Notes: generated by a model from the letters alone, not told the origin. A DNA stretch of 64,000 nucleotides from an uncultured Planctomycetaceae bacterium (GCA_963815195.1 CAWFGE010000020.1:352001-416000); one strand, 5' to 3'. Positions 52,031 to 64,000 are shown, counted from the first letter of the stretch. Made by a program: numbers and translations.

Positions 52031-53833
52031 TCAGGAATTCGGGGCGACGAGATTGAAGGCTTCGAGCAATTGGTCCAAGGCTTTCTTGCCCAAGTCGGCG
52101 GCGACGACGGCGCTCATGCGGACTTCGCTGGTGTTGATGAGCTGCACGTTGATTCCCGCTTCCGACAGCGCCCGAAACGCCCGTTCGCCGACGCCGGTGT
52201 GGCTCCGCAGGCCGATGCCCATGATCGACAGCTTCGCGATGTCCCGGTCGAAGCTCAGTTCCACCTGGTCCCATTGCTCGAGCACTTCCCGCGTGAGCAA
52301 CAGGCATTGATCGAGGTCTTCCCGCGGGACCGTAAACGACAGCCGCGTGCGTCCGCTGTGGCTCACGTTTTGCACGATCATATCCACCATGATCCCGCCC
52401 TCGGCCACCGCGGTGAAAATCGCCCCCGCGACGCCGGGCACATCGGGCAGATTGGTCAGCGTCACGCGGGCCTGGTCGGCATCGAGTTCCACTTCGCTCA
52501 CCACGATGTCTTCCATCGACGCCAGCCCCGCGACGACTTCCCGCTCCAATTCCTCGCGGGCTTCGCTCGAGTGTTGGTGCTTGTCCCGGCTTTGGAAACC
52601 GACGTTGGGCTGGCTTTGCACCGGTTCGTGCAGTTTGAAGCCGTCGTGCACTGCTTGGACCGCGGCTTCAGATTGGCTGCGATCCACCAGCACCGAGATT
52701 TTGATTTCGCTCGTCGTCACCATGCCGATGTTGATATTCGCCTCGGCCAGGACGGAAAACATCTGGGCCGCGACGCCGGTGTGGGCCTTCATCCCGCTGC
52801 CCACGGCGGAGACTTTGGAGACGTTCGTCCCATGCAGCACCTTGCCGGAGCCGAGTTGCTTCACCGCCGTCTGGGCGGCGGTGAGGGCGTCGGCGAGTTC
52901 GTTTTCCGGAACCGTGAAGGAAACCTCCGCGAGACCCCCGCTGCCCACGTCCTGCACGACCATGTCGATGGGGATCTTTCGCTGGGCCATTTGGGAGAAG
53001 ATCAAGCTCATCACGCCGGGCCGGTCGGGGATGTCGCACAGCGAGACGCGGGCTTCGTTCCGCACCAAGGCCACGCCGGTGACCACGGGCGGTTGGGCCA
53101 ATCCCTGGGAAGAGATCAACGTGCCTTCGCCGTCGGAATAGGAGGGCCTTACCCGCAGCGGCACGCGATATTTCTTGGCGAACTCGATCGAGCGGGAGTG
53201 CATCACGCCCGCGCCCAGGCTGGCGAGTTCCAGCATTTCATCGTAGGTGATGTGGTCGATCTTGCGGGCGGATTGGACGAGCCGGGGATCGGTGGTGAAG
53301 ACGCCTTCCACGTCGGTGTAGATTTCGCACTCGGCCGCCTCCAACACCGCCGCGAGCGCCGCCGCGGTGGAATCACTGCCGCCGCGCCCGAGCGTGGTGA
53401 TGTTGAGGTCTTCATCCACGCCCTGAAAGCCGCAGGCGATGATGATTTTCCCCGCATCGAGAGCCGAACGCATGCGGTCGGTGGAGATGTGCCGGATGCG
53501 GGCTTTGGTGTGGGACGAGTCGGTGACGATCCCGATCTGCCCGCCGGTGAAACTCACCGCTTCCACGCCCAAAGCTTGGACAGCCATCGCGGTGAGGGCC
53601 ACGGATTCCTGCTCGCCGGTGGAGAGCAGCATGTCCATTTCACGGGGCGGCGGGGCATCGGTGATCTCCTGGGCGAGCGAGACCAATTCATCCGTCTTCT
53701 TGCCCCGGGCGCTCACGACTACGACCACCTGGTGGCCTTCCCGCATTTTCCGAACGGCCCGCTCTGCCGCGGCTTTGATCTTCGTGGCGTCCGCGACACT
53801 GGTCCCGCCAAACTTTTGCACAATGACTGACAC
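52031..53833 (-). CDS. lysC: Aspartate kinase with four ACT domains
   Basis: [31 protein letters not shown], repeated TSE ACT motifs. Confidence 0.95.
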   Translation of the reverse strand: MSVIVQKFGGTSVADATKIKAAAERAVRKMREGHQVVVVVSARGKKTDELVSLAQEITDAPPPREMDMLLSTGEQESVALTAMAVQALGVEAVSFTGGQIGIVTDSSHTKARIRHISTDRMRSALDAGKIIIACGFQGVDEDLNITTLGRGGSDSTAAALAAVLEAAECEIYTDVEGVFTTDPRLVQSARKIDHITYDEMLELASLGAGVMHSRSIEFAKKYRVPLRVRPSYSDGEGTLISSQGLAQPPVVTGVALVRNEARVSLCDIPDRPGVMSLIFSQMAQRKIPIDMVVQDVGSGGLAEVSFTVPENELADALTAAQTAVKQLGSGKVLHGTNVSKVSAVGSGMKAHTGVAAQMFSVLAEANINIGMVTTSEIKISVLVDRSQSEAAVQAVHDGFKLHEPVQSQPNVGFQSRDKHQHSSEAREELEREVVAGLASMEDIVVSEVELDADQARVTLTNLPDVPGVAGAIFTAVAEGGIMVDMIVQNVSHSGRTRLSFTVPREDLDQCLLLTREVLEQWDQVELSFDRDIAKLSIMGIGLRSHTGVGERAFRALSEAGINVQLINTSEVRMSAVVAADLGKKALDQLLEAFNLVAPNS

Positions 53834-54069
53834 GGTTTTGACCTATGGGATTTTCGGTTCAGATGTAAGTTTCAAAAGACGTTGTCCGGCGAGCCGATCC
53901 GCGAAGGGACCGTTCGAGATGCATTAGCCGAAATCCGCTCGCGCCCGGTTTTTCCCGTGAACCGGAGCGCCCAGGGGCTAATGAATGTGAGAACGACTCG
54001 GGTCGATGGCGCCGTTTGAGGATAGCAAACCCGCGAAGTCCCGAAAATGGAACAAGACCTCGCGTTTCT

Positions 54070-54480
54070 TCACTCGCCGCGGATCGGCACGGGGCGGCGT
54101 TCGTCGCCTTCGAATTGGACGGAGACGAAGGTTACGTCGGCTTCGGTCAGTTTTTGCGGGCTCTGGTCCCGCTCGGCTTCGACTACGACATGCACGCCGA
54201 GCGACGTCCGCCCGACACGGGTGACCGTCGTCCAAAAGCTGAGCACATCCCCCACGAACACCGGCTGGTGGAACTCCACGCTCTGGATGCCCACCGTCAC
54301 CAAAGGCTGATGCGGCCAGCCGGCCTGGGCCACCGCATGCCCCGCCCCGATCGCCCCGGCCTGATCGATGTAGCTCAAGAGCACGCCGCCGAAGATCGTC
54401 CCGTGCTGGTTCGTGTCCCGGGGCATCATCAGTGCCTTGAGCGCCAAGTACCGGGGCAACGATTCAAGTTTGTCCGACAT
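54070..54480 (-). CDS. Acyl-CoA thioesterase (hotdog fold, YciA-like)
   Basis: MPRDTNQHGTIFGGVLLSYID, PVFVGD, VGRTSL. Confidence 0.92.
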   Translation of the reverse strand: MSDKLESLPRYLALKALMMPRDTNQHGTIFGGVLLSYIDQAGAIGAGHAVAQAGWPHQPLVTVGIQSVEFHQPVFVGDVLSFWTTVTRVGRTSLGVHVVVEAERDQSPQKLTEADVTFVSVQFEGDERRPVPIRGE

Positions 54481-54527
54481 GGAAAATCCTCTCTCTGGCT
54501 CTTCCGCTCAGGGGTTGTGATTTTTTG

Positions 54528-54733
54528 CGTAGCGGCGGCTTCCAGCCGCCGACTGGAGAGCATGATTCCCGCGTAAGGATCATTCGAGAAATAACTGAGC
54601 GGAATGGTGCTAGCCACCGGTTGGTGGAACGTGAAAAGCCGGCGGCTAGCGCCGTGCCGCTCAAAGAATAGAGGACACTTATTTCTCGAACGATCCTAAG
54701 CTAAGCGTCGGCCGGTTAGAAGTCGCCGCTACG
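54528..54733. repeat. Nested REP pairs: family A inverted pair inside a GTAG family C inverted pair
   Basis: Family C at 54528-54551 and ~54713-54733; family A at 54596-54620 and 54639-54663. Confidence 0.7.
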
Positions 54734-54759
54734 AACCGCGGGCAAAAAATCACAGCCTC

Positions 54760-55800
54760 TCAGTAGCTGTGTTCGTCGAGTTTGACTTTGCCGCCGAAGG
54801 TGCGGTAGACCACGAACGTGTAGGTCAGGACGCAGGGCATGCCGATAAGGGCGATCACAAGCATGATCCCCAGCGTCTTCGCGCTCGACGCGGCCCGGTA
54901 AATTGTCAGGCTGAAGTCGTCCGGGTTCACGCTGCTGGTCACCAGGTTGGGGAAAAGCGCGACCGTGAGCAGGCACACAAAGGCCACGATCACCGCGCAC
55001 GAGGACAAAAACGCATAGGCGGGCTTCTTCTCGTAGATCGCGCGGGGGATGTTCGCGACCGCCAGCACATTGAGCGCCGGCACAAACCACAGCCAGGGCC
55101 AATGCTCGAAAACCCGCGTCGCCCGGGGCACGTCAAGCAGCGTGTAAATCGTGCACAACAAAAACGCGACGAGAAAAAACCCGAACGACCGCCACATCAG
55201 CGGGGTCAGGCGTTGTTGCAGGTCGCCTTCGGTTTTCAGGTACAGATAAATCGCCCCATGCATGGCGAACATCGTCACCGCGAGCAGGCCCGTCGTCAGG
55301 GAATAGGGATTCAACAGGTCCAGAAAGGTCCCGGTGAAGTCGTGCCGGGCGTCCAAGGGCACGCCGCGAATCGCATTGCCGACGGCGACGCCGAACACAA
55401 ACGTCGCGAGCACCGAGCTGCCGAAGAACACCCAATCCCAAACGCCCCGCCACAGGGGATTGGTCTGCTTGCTGCGAAACTCGATCGACACCGCCCGCAG
55501 GATCAGGCCTAGTAAAACGAGCATCAAGGCGTCATAGAATCCCGAAAAAATCGTGGCGTAGGCTTCGGGGAACGCGGCGAACAGGGCACCGCCAAACGTC
55601 ACCAGCCAGACTTCGTTCCCGTCCCACAAGGGGCCGATGGAGTTGAGCGCCAGCCGGCGTTCGCGGTCGTTCCGCGCGGCAAAGGGGTGCACCATGCCCA
55701 CGCCCAGGTCGAAACCGTCCAACAGCGCATACCCCGCAAGCAACACGCCCAGCAAAACGAACCAGATCACGGCCAAGGCCTCAAACGACAATCCGAACAT
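54760..55800 (-). CDS. cydB: Cytochrome bd ubiquinol oxidase subunit II
   Basis: [31 protein letters not shown]. Confidence 0.96.
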   Translation of the reverse strand: MFGLSFEALAVIWFVLLGVLLAGYALLDGFDLGVGMVHPFAARNDRERRLALNSIGPLWDGNEVWLVTFGGALFAAFPEAYATIFSGFYDALMLVLLGLILRAVSIEFRSKQTNPLWRGVWDWVFFGSSVLATFVFGVAVGNAIRGVPLDARHDFTGTFLDLLNPYSLTTGLLAVTMFAMHGAIYLYLKTEGDLQQRLTPLMWRSFGFFLVAFLLCTIYTLLDVPRATRVFEHWPWLWFVPALNVLAVANIPRAIYEKKPAYAFLSSCAVIVAFVCLLTVALFPNLVTSSVNPDDFSLTIYRAASSAKTLGIMLVIALIGMPCVLTYTFVVYRTFGGKVKLDEHSY

Positions 55801-57362
55801 CAGCTCGACTCCTCCGTGGCCTCTTTGGACACGCCGGGGGACAACTTGGAGTCGTACCGCTCCGCGGCGACTTCAAGGAATTTATCCGGGGCGTTCTTCT
55901 CGCGAACGACGGGTTCGGGGCCTTGCTGGATCTTGTTGTGGAGCACATACACCCACACGATGCCCAGGAGGATGTACAAGAGCCCGAACATCACAATCGA
56001 GCGGACAATCTGCCCGGAGCGGATCGCCGTGGAAACGCCCTGAGTCGTCAACAGCCCCGCAACTCGCTTCGTGCCGCCGGGCTCTTGGACCTCTGCATAT
56101 TGCACGAAGCCGTCGGCATCGCGGACGATCTTCCCATCGTCCGCGCGATCCACCGGCGGGTTGACGATCCAGGGCTGCCGGCCCACTTCGGCCGCGACCC
56201 AGCCCGTTTGATTGGCCAAGACCGCCGGGACCACCGCCACGACAAACACCCGCATCAGCCAGCGGCTGTCAAACAGCGTCCCCCGATACAACCGCCAACA
56301 ACTCGAGAGCGTCAGGGCGATAAAGAACACGCCGCTGGCGATCATTACCCGATACGAGAAAAAGGGAACGAGTGCCGGCGGGCGGTGTTCCGGGCGAAAT
56401 TCATCCAGACCCAAGACGGGGACGCTGGGATCCTCGTGGATCAAAAAACTCAACAGGCCGGGAATGGCCACTTCTCCCTTGAGTTTCTGCTCGTCATCGT
56501 CCGGCCACCCGAAGACCGCCATCGCCGCTCCGCCCTGGCCGGTTTCGTAATGCGCCTCGAAGGCCGCCATCTTCGCGGGTTGATGCCGATAAACGTTTTG
56601 GGCCTGAAAATGCCCGCTAAAGGCGATCGCCAGCGACGAAGCCGCCGCCAGGATCAACGCCCCCGTGAAGCTCCGGCGGGCGAACTCTTCGTGCCGGCGC
56701 TTGAGCAGATACCACGCGCTGATCGACAGCACGAAAAACGCCCCCATGATGAAGCAGCCCAGGAGCACATGGATCAGCCGATGCGCGGCGGAGGGATTGA
56801 GGACGACCGCCCAAAAATCCGCGACCTCGGCCCGCATCATCGGTTCGCCGTCTACGATCCAGGGCTTCCCGTCGCGGAGAATCGGGACGATTTGGGAACC
56901 GGCCGGGGTCTGCTGCCAACTGTTGGCGACGACGATCCACACGCTTGAGAACATCGAGCCGAGCGAAACCATACACGTGGAGAAAAAGTGCACGCGCCGG
57001 CTCACGCGGTCCCAGCCGAACACGAGCACCGCGAGAAACCCGGACTCCAGAAAAAACGCGAAGATGCCCTCGGCCGCGAGGGCGCTGCCGAACACGTCCC
57101 CCACGAATCGCGAATAAGTCGCCCAGTTGGTGCCGAACTCGAACTCCATCACAATCCCGGTCGCCACGCCGATGGCGAAGTTCAGCGCGAAGATCCGCGT
57201 CCAGAACCTCGCCGCCTGCTCGTAGAGCGGATCCCCGGTGCGAAGCCATCTCCAATCCAAATACACGAGCACCACGCCCATGCCGATGGTCAGTGGCGGA
57301 AACAGGTAGTGAAACATCACCGTGAGGGCAAACTGGGCCCTCGAGAGCAGAACAACGTCCAT
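55800..57362 (-). CDS. cydA: Cytochrome bd ubiquinol oxidase subunit I
   Basis: [49 protein letters not shown]. Confidence 0.96.
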   Translation of the reverse strand: MDVVLLSRAQFALTVMFHYLFPPLTIGMGVVLVYLDWRWLRTGDPLYEQAARFWTRIFALNFAIGVATGIVMEFEFGTNWATYSRFVGDVFGSALAAEGIFAFFLESGFLAVLVFGWDRVSRRVHFFSTCMVSLGSMFSSVWIVVANSWQQTPAGSQIVPILRDGKPWIVDGEPMMRAEVADFWAVVLNPSAAHRLIHVLLGCFIMGAFFVLSISAWYLLKRRHEEFARRSFTGALILAAASSLAIAFSGHFQAQNVYRHQPAKMAAFEAHYETGQGGAAMAVFGWPDDDEQKLKGEVAIPGLLSFLIHEDPSVPVLGLDEFRPEHRPPALVPFFSYRVMIASGVFFIALTLSSCWRLYRGTLFDSRWLMRVFVVAVVPAVLANQTGWVAAEVGRQPWIVNPPVDRADDGKIVRDADGFVQYAEVQEPGGTKRVAGLLTTQGVSTAIRSGQIVRSIVMFGLLYILLGIVWVYVLHNKIQQGPEPVVREKNAPDKFLEVAAERYDSKLSPGVSKEATEESS

Positions 57363-57581
57363 CAGGCTCGGAGGTGTTTGGGGGAAACGGACAACAGCCG
57401 GCCGGCCGGATTTCGGCCGGCATCCGCCGGTGCCCACTTGGTCTTTTGCCGTGTTGGGTTACTATAGAGAATGCCGGCGGTTTTGAAAGTTCAAAGTCAG
57501 GGGGAATCACGAAGGCACGAAGGACAAGTCCCTTTTCTTTGTGTCTTCGTGGTGAACCCAATTTATACGAGATTTCCTTTG

Positions 57582-58679
57582 ATGGCGCATTTTCAGAAGC
57601 CCACCACGGATTCGATCGTCCAGAGCTTTTCGCTGTTCAAACGGCGGATCCCGTTGGACTCGTTGGCCCTCGTCTGCCGGTCGCTGAGCATTTTGCTCAG
57701 TTCGGGGGTGGAGATCAAACAGGCCTTGAAGCTGGCGGGCAAGAAGACGGGTAACGCCCGCTGCCAGGAGGCGATGCGGGGCGTGTACAACGCCGTCGCC
57801 TCGGGCGAGGACATGACCGCCGGGGTCATCGCCCAAGGCGACGCCTTTCCGCCATTGATGATCGACATGGTCAACGTCGGCGAACAGACCGGGGCGTTTG
57901 TGGAAGTCCTCCGCAGTCTGGCCGAGCATTACGACAACCTCGTCCGCCTGCGAAAATCGTTCTTGCAGCAAATCCTCTGGCCGGTGTTTCAGCTCGTAAT
58001 GGCGATTCTCGTGATCGCGCTGTTGATTCTCATCCTGGGCTGGATTGCCGAGTCCCGCGGCGGCAAGCCTTTACCCATCCTGCCCGGAGGCTTGTCGGGG
58101 ACCACAGGAGCCATCACCTGGCTGGCGGTGAACTTCGGCACGTTCTTGGGATTGTTCCTGTTCTACAAATGGACGAGGCACAACCTCGTCGGCCAGAAGT
58201 TTCTCGATCCGCTGCTTTTGAAAGTCCCGGTCCTCGGCGGTTGCCTCGAGTCGTTTGCCATCGCCCGGTTCTCGTGGGCGTTTGCGCTCACCCAGCAATC
58301 GGGGATGTCCATCCAGCCGAGCCTGGAAAGCAGCTTCAAAGCCACCTCGAACGGGGCCTACATCTCGGCCTACCCGGAGGTCTGGAGCATGATGAGCCGG
58401 GGCGAGGCCCTGGGCGATTCCCTCGCCGCCACCGGGCTGTTCACGGAGGATTACCTCGAGATGGTGCACTCGGCGGAGGTTTCCGGCACGGTGCCCGAGA
58501 TGCTCGAGCATCTCAGCCCGCAGTTCGAAGAACAGGCCCGCGTCAGCCTGAGAACGCTGACCACGGGCCTCGCCTGGGCCGTCTGGGCCGTGGTGGCGAT
58601 GTTCATCATCTTCATGATCTTCCGCGTGTTCTCGATTTACCTGGGAATCTTAGACGACGCCTTGCACGATACCATGTGA
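57582..58679 (+). CDS. Type II secretion system F / PilC family protein
   Basis: CRSLSILLSSGV, FPPLMIDMVNVGEQTG, second repeat AEVSGTV. Confidence 0.9.
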   Translation: MAHFQKPTTDSIVQSFSLFKRRIPLDSLALVCRSLSILLSSGVEIKQALKLAGKKTGNARCQEAMRGVYNAVASGEDMTAGVIAQGDAFPPLMIDMVNVGEQTGAFVEVLRSLAEHYDNLVRLRKSFLQQILWPVFQLVMAILVIALLILILGWIAESRGGKPLPILPGGLSGTTGAITWLAVNFGTFLGLFLFYKWTRHNLVGQKFLDPLLLKVPVLGGCLESFAIARFSWAFALTQQSGMSIQPSLESSFKATSNGAYISAYPEVWSMMSRGEALGDSLAATGLFTEDYLEMVHSAEVSGTVPEMLEHLSPQFEEQARVSLRTLTTGLAWAVWAVVAMFIIFMIFRVFSIYLGILDDALHDTM

Positions 58680-58779
58680 GGCACCCGAACGCGGCTCGAT
58701 TCGCCCGTCTCGGGTGGCACGCCCTGATCGCAGCAAAGGGCGCGGCGATCACAAAGACCACGCCCCCGCCCGGCTCGAT

Positions 58780-59217
58780 TCATGTGCCTGGCGTATCGTG
58801 GGCCGCGAAATACCGCTGGACCTCGGCGAGCAGGGGGTTGATCGTGTTGGCTTGGATCTCGTGCGGCGGGTTCCAGGGAATCCATTCGTGGCCGGCGTGC
58901 TCGGTGAGGGTGATGGGCTGCGGACTCTCCAGCCAGCCTAAAAACACAATCAGCGTTTTTTCGATCGTCTCGCCGGGGTACCGCTTGTAAACCGGATGAT
59001 AGACCTCGGAAAAGCGAAACCCCTCGTCGATTTGCACGGCCCCCCGGGAAATGCCGGTTTCCTCTTCCATCTCCCTGAGGGCGCATTCCAGATCGGTCTC
59101 GCCCGCGTCCACGTGGCCTTTGGGCAAGTCCCAGCGGTCGGGATGCTTCATCAACAGAAAAGCCAACTCCGGTTCGCGGCGGAACAAAATCACGCCGCAG
59201 GATTTCAATCGCCGCAT
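58780..59217 (-). CDS. NUDIX hydrolase (Ap4A hydrolase-like)
   Basis: WDLPKGHVDAGETDLECALREMEEETG Nudix box. Confidence 0.9.
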   Translation of the reverse strand: MRRLKSCGVILFRREPELAFLLMKHPDRWDLPKGHVDAGETDLECALREMEEETGISRGAVQIDEGFRFSEVYHPVYKRYPGETIEKTLIVFLGWLESPQPITLTEHAGHEWIPWNPPHEIQANTINPLLAEVQRYFAAHDTPGT

Positions 59218-59266
59218 GTTTTCCCATCCCGGGGCAAAAAAGATCGATCGTGCCAATTGGCCGCGG

Positions 59267-60451
59267 CTATCGCGCGGGCGCGGTGCGGCTGCGGGTTTCG
59301 CGCTGCTGCTTGGCCCGCCGCTCCAAGTCCGCGCGGTCGGCGAGCAGCACGTCCATCGGCATCAACCGGCCGTTTCGCATCACTTCCAATCGCACCCGCC
59401 GGCCGACGGGCGTCAAGCTCACCAGGTTAATGAAGTGGTTTTCATCCTGCACCTCCACGCCTTCGAAGGAGAGAATCACATCGTCGAACTCCAACCGGGC
59501 GAGCGCGGCGGGCGTGTTGGGATAGACTTCCATGACGCGGGCACCCGCAACCGGCCCACCTGCAAGCGGCGGGCCGTCTCCGCGGAGAACTCGGAATCCA
59601 GCTTCACGCCCAGGTAGGCCCGGCGGACTTTTCCGTAAAGCAACAGTTGATCGACGACCCGCCGGACGAGGTTGCTGGGAATGCTGAACCCGATGCCTTC
59701 GTTGCCGCCGCTGTTGGAGGCGATCGCGGTATTGATCCCCACGATCCGCCCGTTCAAGCCGATCAACGGGCCGCCGCTGTTGCCGGGATTGATCGCGGCG
59801 TCCGTTTGCAGAAAATCCTGGTTGAGCACCGTCCGGTCGCTGCCCAGGTTCAAAGACCGCCGGCCTTTCGCGCTGATGATGCCAAAGGTGATGGACTGGC
59901 TCAGGCCGAACGGGCTGCCCATCGCGAGCACCATGTTGCCGATCTCCACCCGGTCAGAATCCCCCCAGCGTGCGGGAATCAGGTTCGGGGCTTCCACCTG
60001 GAGGACGGCCACGTCGGTGGCTTCGTCCGTCCAAATCCGCGCCGGCTTGAGCACCCGACCTTCGTGGAGGTGGATGGAGATGTCGTCGAGGCGGGCGTCG
60101 GCGATCACGTGCCGATTTGTGACCACGAAAAACCCGCGGACTTTCGAGTCTCTCCATGAGCACCCCGGACCCGGTCTCTTCCACGCGGCCGCCGCGTTCG
60201 ACGGCCCGCTCGCTTTCGATGTGCACCACGCTCGGCGCGGTGATGCGGGCGATCTTCGCGAGGTGCTCGCTCGCATCCACCAACGGGCCTGCTTCGCGGT
60301 CGAGTTCTTGATAGACCCGCTGGGTTTCCGTGAGGGTCACGGCGTTCGCGTGGGCCGACGCGTTAAACGACCCCAGTTGATAGCCCAGCCCCAACATCAA
60401 ACCGCACGAGAAAAAAGCACCGCCGAGAAGGAGCACAGATGGATTTCGCAT
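59267..60451 (-). CDS. HtrA/trypsin-like serine protease with PDZ domain (frameshifts near 60150 and 59540)
   Basis: ETGSG / VVTNRHVI / TDVAVL / QTDAAINPGNSGGPL / PDZ VYPNTPAA..DDVIL spread over three frames. Confidence 0.88.
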
Positions 60452-60728
60452 GATGAGAGCCTCGCGGGGGAATGGGTCTGAACGTCAGCGGTAACGAAAA
60501 AAGAGCGTTTGCCGTTTCGAGGAACCGTCCTCTCCAAAGCGAACACTCTTTGCTCAATTCAATATACCCTGGATTTGGCCCGCGGGGTCCGGGTTCCCTC
60601 CTGTATCGTGTTGTTCTTCTCGATTCGCGGGGGGGGCAATGCTGTTAGGGTTTTTGCGAAACCTCCCGCAGTTTTCCGGAACGTCCGTGCCGGAGCAATC
60701 AGGCAAACCGGGCGGAGTCTGCCGGCGG

Positions 60729-61190
60729 TCAGTCGCGAAAGTCGATGTCGCCCAGCGTCAGTTCCTGATCGTTCAATCGGCCTTCGTGCTCGTAGGCGGA
60801 TTCCCAGTCGGCGTGCATTTCGTAATCGGTATGACCCATTTCCTCTTGCCGGCGCTGGCAATCGATGCACAAGGGCGTGAACGGCAGGGCGTTGAGCCGG
60901 GTGATGGGAATCGGCTTTTCGCACATTTCGCAAATCCCGTAGCGGCCTTCCCGCATGAGTTGGATGGCCCGCTCGATCTGGCCGAGTTCCCGGCTTTCGA
61001 GCGCGGCGAGCTGCGAGTTGATTTCGTCGGAGGCCCCGTCATTGGCGGCGTCGCCCACGTCCCCGCCCCGCGAAATGCGCGCCAGAGACTTGGCCGAGAC
61101 GTTGAACTCCTCGGCCAGCTTGTTCCGCAGCGCATCCCGTTTGGCCACGAGGCGTTCGTGCAATCGTAGAAGTGCATCTTTCCGCGCCAT
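60729..61190 (-). CDS. TraR/DksA C4-type zinc finger protein
   Basis: D..DAA coiled-coil tip; YGICEMC..IP..RLNALP...CIDC. Confidence 0.92.
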   Translation of the reverse strand: MARKDALLRLHERLVAKRDALRNKLAEEFNVSAKSLARISRGGDVGDAANDGASDEINSQLAALESRELGQIERAIQLMREGRYGICEMCEKPIPITRLNALPFTPLCIDCQRRQEEMGHTDYEMHADWESAYEHEGRLNDQELTLGDIDFRD

Positions 61191-61892
61191 GTCGCTTCCT
61201 TCGATGTCAGATTGAGAGATGTGGTCAGCGAGGCGAACAGGTGTGAATGTTCCCCCGCATCGGCGGGCGAGGGCGGCTTGTCGGACTTGGAGCAGTCACC
61301 AAAATATACCCTCTGATTCCCAGAAAGGAAATTTGCTCCCTCCGGGGCCGATCCAATCGGCCCGCCGGTTGGCCCTGGGAGAATATCAAGCCCTTCCACA
61401 AAACCCAGACCCTAAGGCATTGTGGCAAAAGGACTTATACGAGAAAACGCGTCTGGGAGACTCTGAAGCGACGGTTCGAATCCGCTTCCTACTTATGAAA
61501 ACCCGAACAAGTTGTTCTCGGCATCGTGCTTATCCTCTATGTACGCCACAATTCGCCGATGTGTTGAAGGATTTTCAAAAGTCCTGTCCACATTTTGAAA
61601 AAGGCAATCCATTTAACGGGGATTGGCAAAAGAGGTTACGACTTCTCGTTCTGCCGTCATGCGGCCTCGATCGGTGAAATCCTGGCGATTTGGGCGAGGT
61701 TTTTCGCTAAGGTAATTTGTCCAAGTCCAGTTATGCGTGCCGATTTGGGGAAATCTCTCAAAAATTTGCAAAAAATCTGATTCGCCTCCTGTACGCGGAC
61801 AGAGCGGACACTTCCATTTTTGGAATGGCGCGAGAGCTGTCGTCAATTTGATGACATTTCCTCGCGGCGATTTGCATCGGCCAATGCGGTTG

Positions 61893-61957
61893 TGAGCGGC
61901 CCGGCGCTAGCCGCCGACTTACGAATCGCGGGGAACCGGCGGCTACCGCCGGGCGCT
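61893..61957. repeat. Inverted pair of REP family A
   Basis: tgagcggcccggcgctagccgccga and ccggcggctaccgccgggcgct. Confidence 0.7.
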
Positions 61958-62051
61958 GGCAGATTCGAAATTGGCTGTTCGCCGCCGTCCGAGTGTCTAC
62001 AATACCGGCAGGGTTTTTGAGATTCTTATTTCCAGATCGAGGAGAGCAATC

Positions 62052-62528
62052 ATGGCGACGGCGATGTTTGGAGCCGGGTGTTTTTGGGGCGTGGAGGCGG
62101 CGTTTCGGAAGAGGCCGGGCGTGAAATCGACCGCCGTGGGCTACGCGGGCGGGCATACGGAGAACCCCACGTACCGCGAGGTCTGCACCGATGGGACGGG
62201 CCATGCGGAGGTGGTGCAGGTCGAATACGAACCGGCCGAGGTGTCTTATGACGATTTGCTGAACGTGTTCTGGAACTGCCACAACCCGACCACGCTCAAT
62301 CGGCAAGGGCCGGACCTGGGTACGCAATACCGGTCGGCCGTTTTCTATACCACCCCGGAGCAAAAAGAACTCGCCGAGGCCTCCAAACACCGGTTAGAAG
62401 AGTCCGGGAAATACACGAACCCGGTCGTCACCGAAATCACCCCCGCCCCCGCGTTTTACCGCGCCGAGGACTACCACCAGCAATACCTGGAAAAGCGCGG
62501 CCAATCCAGTTGCCATCTGCCAAACTGA
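62052..62528 (+). CDS. msrA: Peptide-methionine (S)-S-oxide reductase
   Basis: [30 protein letters not shown]. Confidence 0.97.
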   Translation: MATAMFGAGCFWGVEAAFRKRPGVKSTAVGYAGGHTENPTYREVCTDGTGHAEVVQVEYEPAEVSYDDLLNVFWNCHNPTTLNRQGPDLGTQYRSAVFYTTPEQKELAEASKHRLEESGKYTNPVVTEITPAPAFYRAEDYHQQYLEKRGQSSCHLPN

Positions 62529-62550
62529 GCGGCACGGCACTAGCCGCCGG
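62526..62550. repeat. REP family A overlapping the msrA stop codon
   Basis: TGAgcggcacggcactagccgccgg. Confidence 0.7.
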
Positions 62551-62571
62551 TCTTGATTTCGAAGCCCTGCG

Positions 62572-64000
62572 CTACAACACGCGGGCCAGGAGGCTGGTGA
62601 GCCAGATAATCAGACCCACACAGACCCACGCGGCAATGAACCCGCCCAAGCCGACCAGCGTCGGCTTGCCGATTTCGATGTCTTTGAGGTTGAACAACTT
62701 CTCGGCCGGCGGGAGCGGATCTTTGGGCAGCGTGCACGGCGTCTCCACTTCTTCGCCCGCCTTGACCGGCGTATGGATCAAGCGGAAGAAGTGGTCCAAT
62801 TTGTCCTCCCGCACCCGCTTGGTGATCAGACTCGTCAAAAAGCCGCTGAGAAGACCGGCCGACAAATAGGACACCATCTGCCAGACGTCGAACATTTTGC
62901 CTTTGTCGTTAAACATGGCATCCGGCAAAATCCATTCGTGGAGCGCATTGGGAAAATAGGCCACGCCCGCCCAAGCCGCGGCCGCGCACATTGTGGACAC
63001 CCAAACCGCCGCAGGGGTCCAGCCGCGCCAGGTGATGCCGATCCACAAGCTGATCCCAATCGCGGCCGGGGTTTTGATGATGACTTTGAGGGCGTCGATC
63101 ACGTCGGTGAACGTGGCTTGCAGCACGAGGGCGAACAGCACGATGATGAGTCCCGAAATCCGCCCCACCCACAAATAATGCCTTTGCGATTTGTTCTTGC
63201 CGATGTATTTGCGGTAGATGTTCTCCGTAAACAAGCCGCTGGAGACGACCATTTGAGCGTCGCTGGTGCTCATAATCGCCGCCAGAAGCGATGCCATTAA
63301 AAGCCCGATCAACCCGGCCCCGATCGTCGGCAAAATGTCGTAAGCGGCCCGGCCGAACAAGCGGTCGGCGAAGTCCTTATCCGCTTTTTTCAGGCGGTCC
63401 CTTTCGTCCGCGCCCAAGGCGTTGAACTCATCGGCCGTGCGGGCGTGGAGATCGTCAAACGCCTTGCGGTCGGCGGCGATTTTTTCCTGGTCGGCTGCGG
63501 ACAGGGCTTGATATTCCGCGGTGCCGGCTTTCGGAGCCTCGGCATGCTTCAGCGGGCTGTTTGAGCCCAGATACCACACGATGCACGCGAGCCCCGTAAA
63601 CGTCCAGGCGATGGTGCAAAACCGCTTGAGAAAGTTCCCGAACGTGAAACCGAACCGGCCTTCAAACTCCGTCTTGCCCGCCCCGCAGACGCCCATGATG
63701 TGCGGCTGCACCACGATCCCCGCCAGAGCCGTCAGCGAGAGCATCACGATGTAAAACAGCGTGATCGGCTCGGCTCCCAGCGTTTCCGCAATGTTCGCCG
63801 CCACCTCCGGCCCCGCGAACAGCTCGAACATGTGCGGCTTCACGTCCCCCTGAGAATGCAGTTCTCCAAACCCGCCGATCATGTTGAACACGAAAGGCAA
63901 CAGCAGAAACGAAAACGTAATGGTGAGGATGCCCTGGATGAAGTCGGTAATGATTGCCGCCCCCAATCCCCCGACCATCCCGTAAGTCACGAACAGCAGC
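62572..64000 (-). CDS. Sodium:solute symporter family protein (5'-partial)
   Basis: YG..GGL.AAIITDFIQG, AAIMST.D motif, many TM segments; runs off the window end. Confidence 0.9.
   Translation of the reverse strand, partial: LLFVTYGMVGGLGAAIITDFIQGILTITFSFLLLPFVFNMIGGFGELHSQGDVKPHMFELFAGPEVAANIAETLGAEPITLFYIVMLSLTALAGIVVQPHIMGVCGAGKTEFEGRFGFTFGNFLKRFCTIAWTFTGLACIVWYLGSNSPLKHAEAPKAGTAEYQALSAADQEKIAADRKAFDDLHARTADEFNALGADERDRLKKADKDFADRLFGRAAYDILPTIGAGLIGLLMASLLAAIMSTSDAQMVVSSGLFTENIYRKYIGKNKSQRHYLWVGRISGLIIVLFALVLQATFTDVIDALKVIIKTPAAIGISLWIGITWRGWTPAAVWVSTMCAAAAWAGVAYFPNALHEWILPDAMFNDKGKMFDVWQMVSYLSAGLLSGFLTSLITKRVREDKLDHFFRLIHTPVKAGEEVETPCTLPKDPLPPAEKLFNLKDIEIGKPTLVGLGGFIAAWVCVGLIIWLTSLLARVL

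Noticed and set aside
61191..61890. Long AT-rich intergenic region upstream of the dksA-like gene as an ncRNA or small gene
   Set aside because: No convincing structure, repeat or coding signal seen.

Overview
GC-rich bacterial chromosome segment, most likely from a Planctomycete (DUF1592/DUF1552 pair, DUF1559 prepilin-like protein, planctomycete-type Ser/Thr kinase, two BlaI/M56 pairs). Housekeeping-type genes include cobA/hemD, an Hsp70, uup-like ABC-F, paaK-like ligase, purN, leuS, lysC, cydAB, a PilC/GspF protein, HtrA, DksA/TraR, msrA and a Na+:solute symporter. Several genes carry frameshifts that may be assembly errors. Structure not explained by the genes: (1) a ~12.4 kb decayed genomic island between tRNA-Leu(TAG) and a 28-bp duplicate of its 3' end, containing integrase and Lhr-type helicase relics; (2) three same-orientation copies of a ~164-bp palindromic element, two of them flanked by 51-65 bp duplications of a neighbouring gene terminus, one apparently replacing a gene's 3' end with a synonymously recoded copy; (3) several REP/REPIN-like families with compensatory changes, nesting and stop-codon overlap; (4) a ~41% GC patch covering the leucine-specific domain of leuS; (5) a duplicated OmpR/PhoB-like box/promoter and BlaI-type operators. 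All calls come from reading the sequence by eye; no database searches were run.
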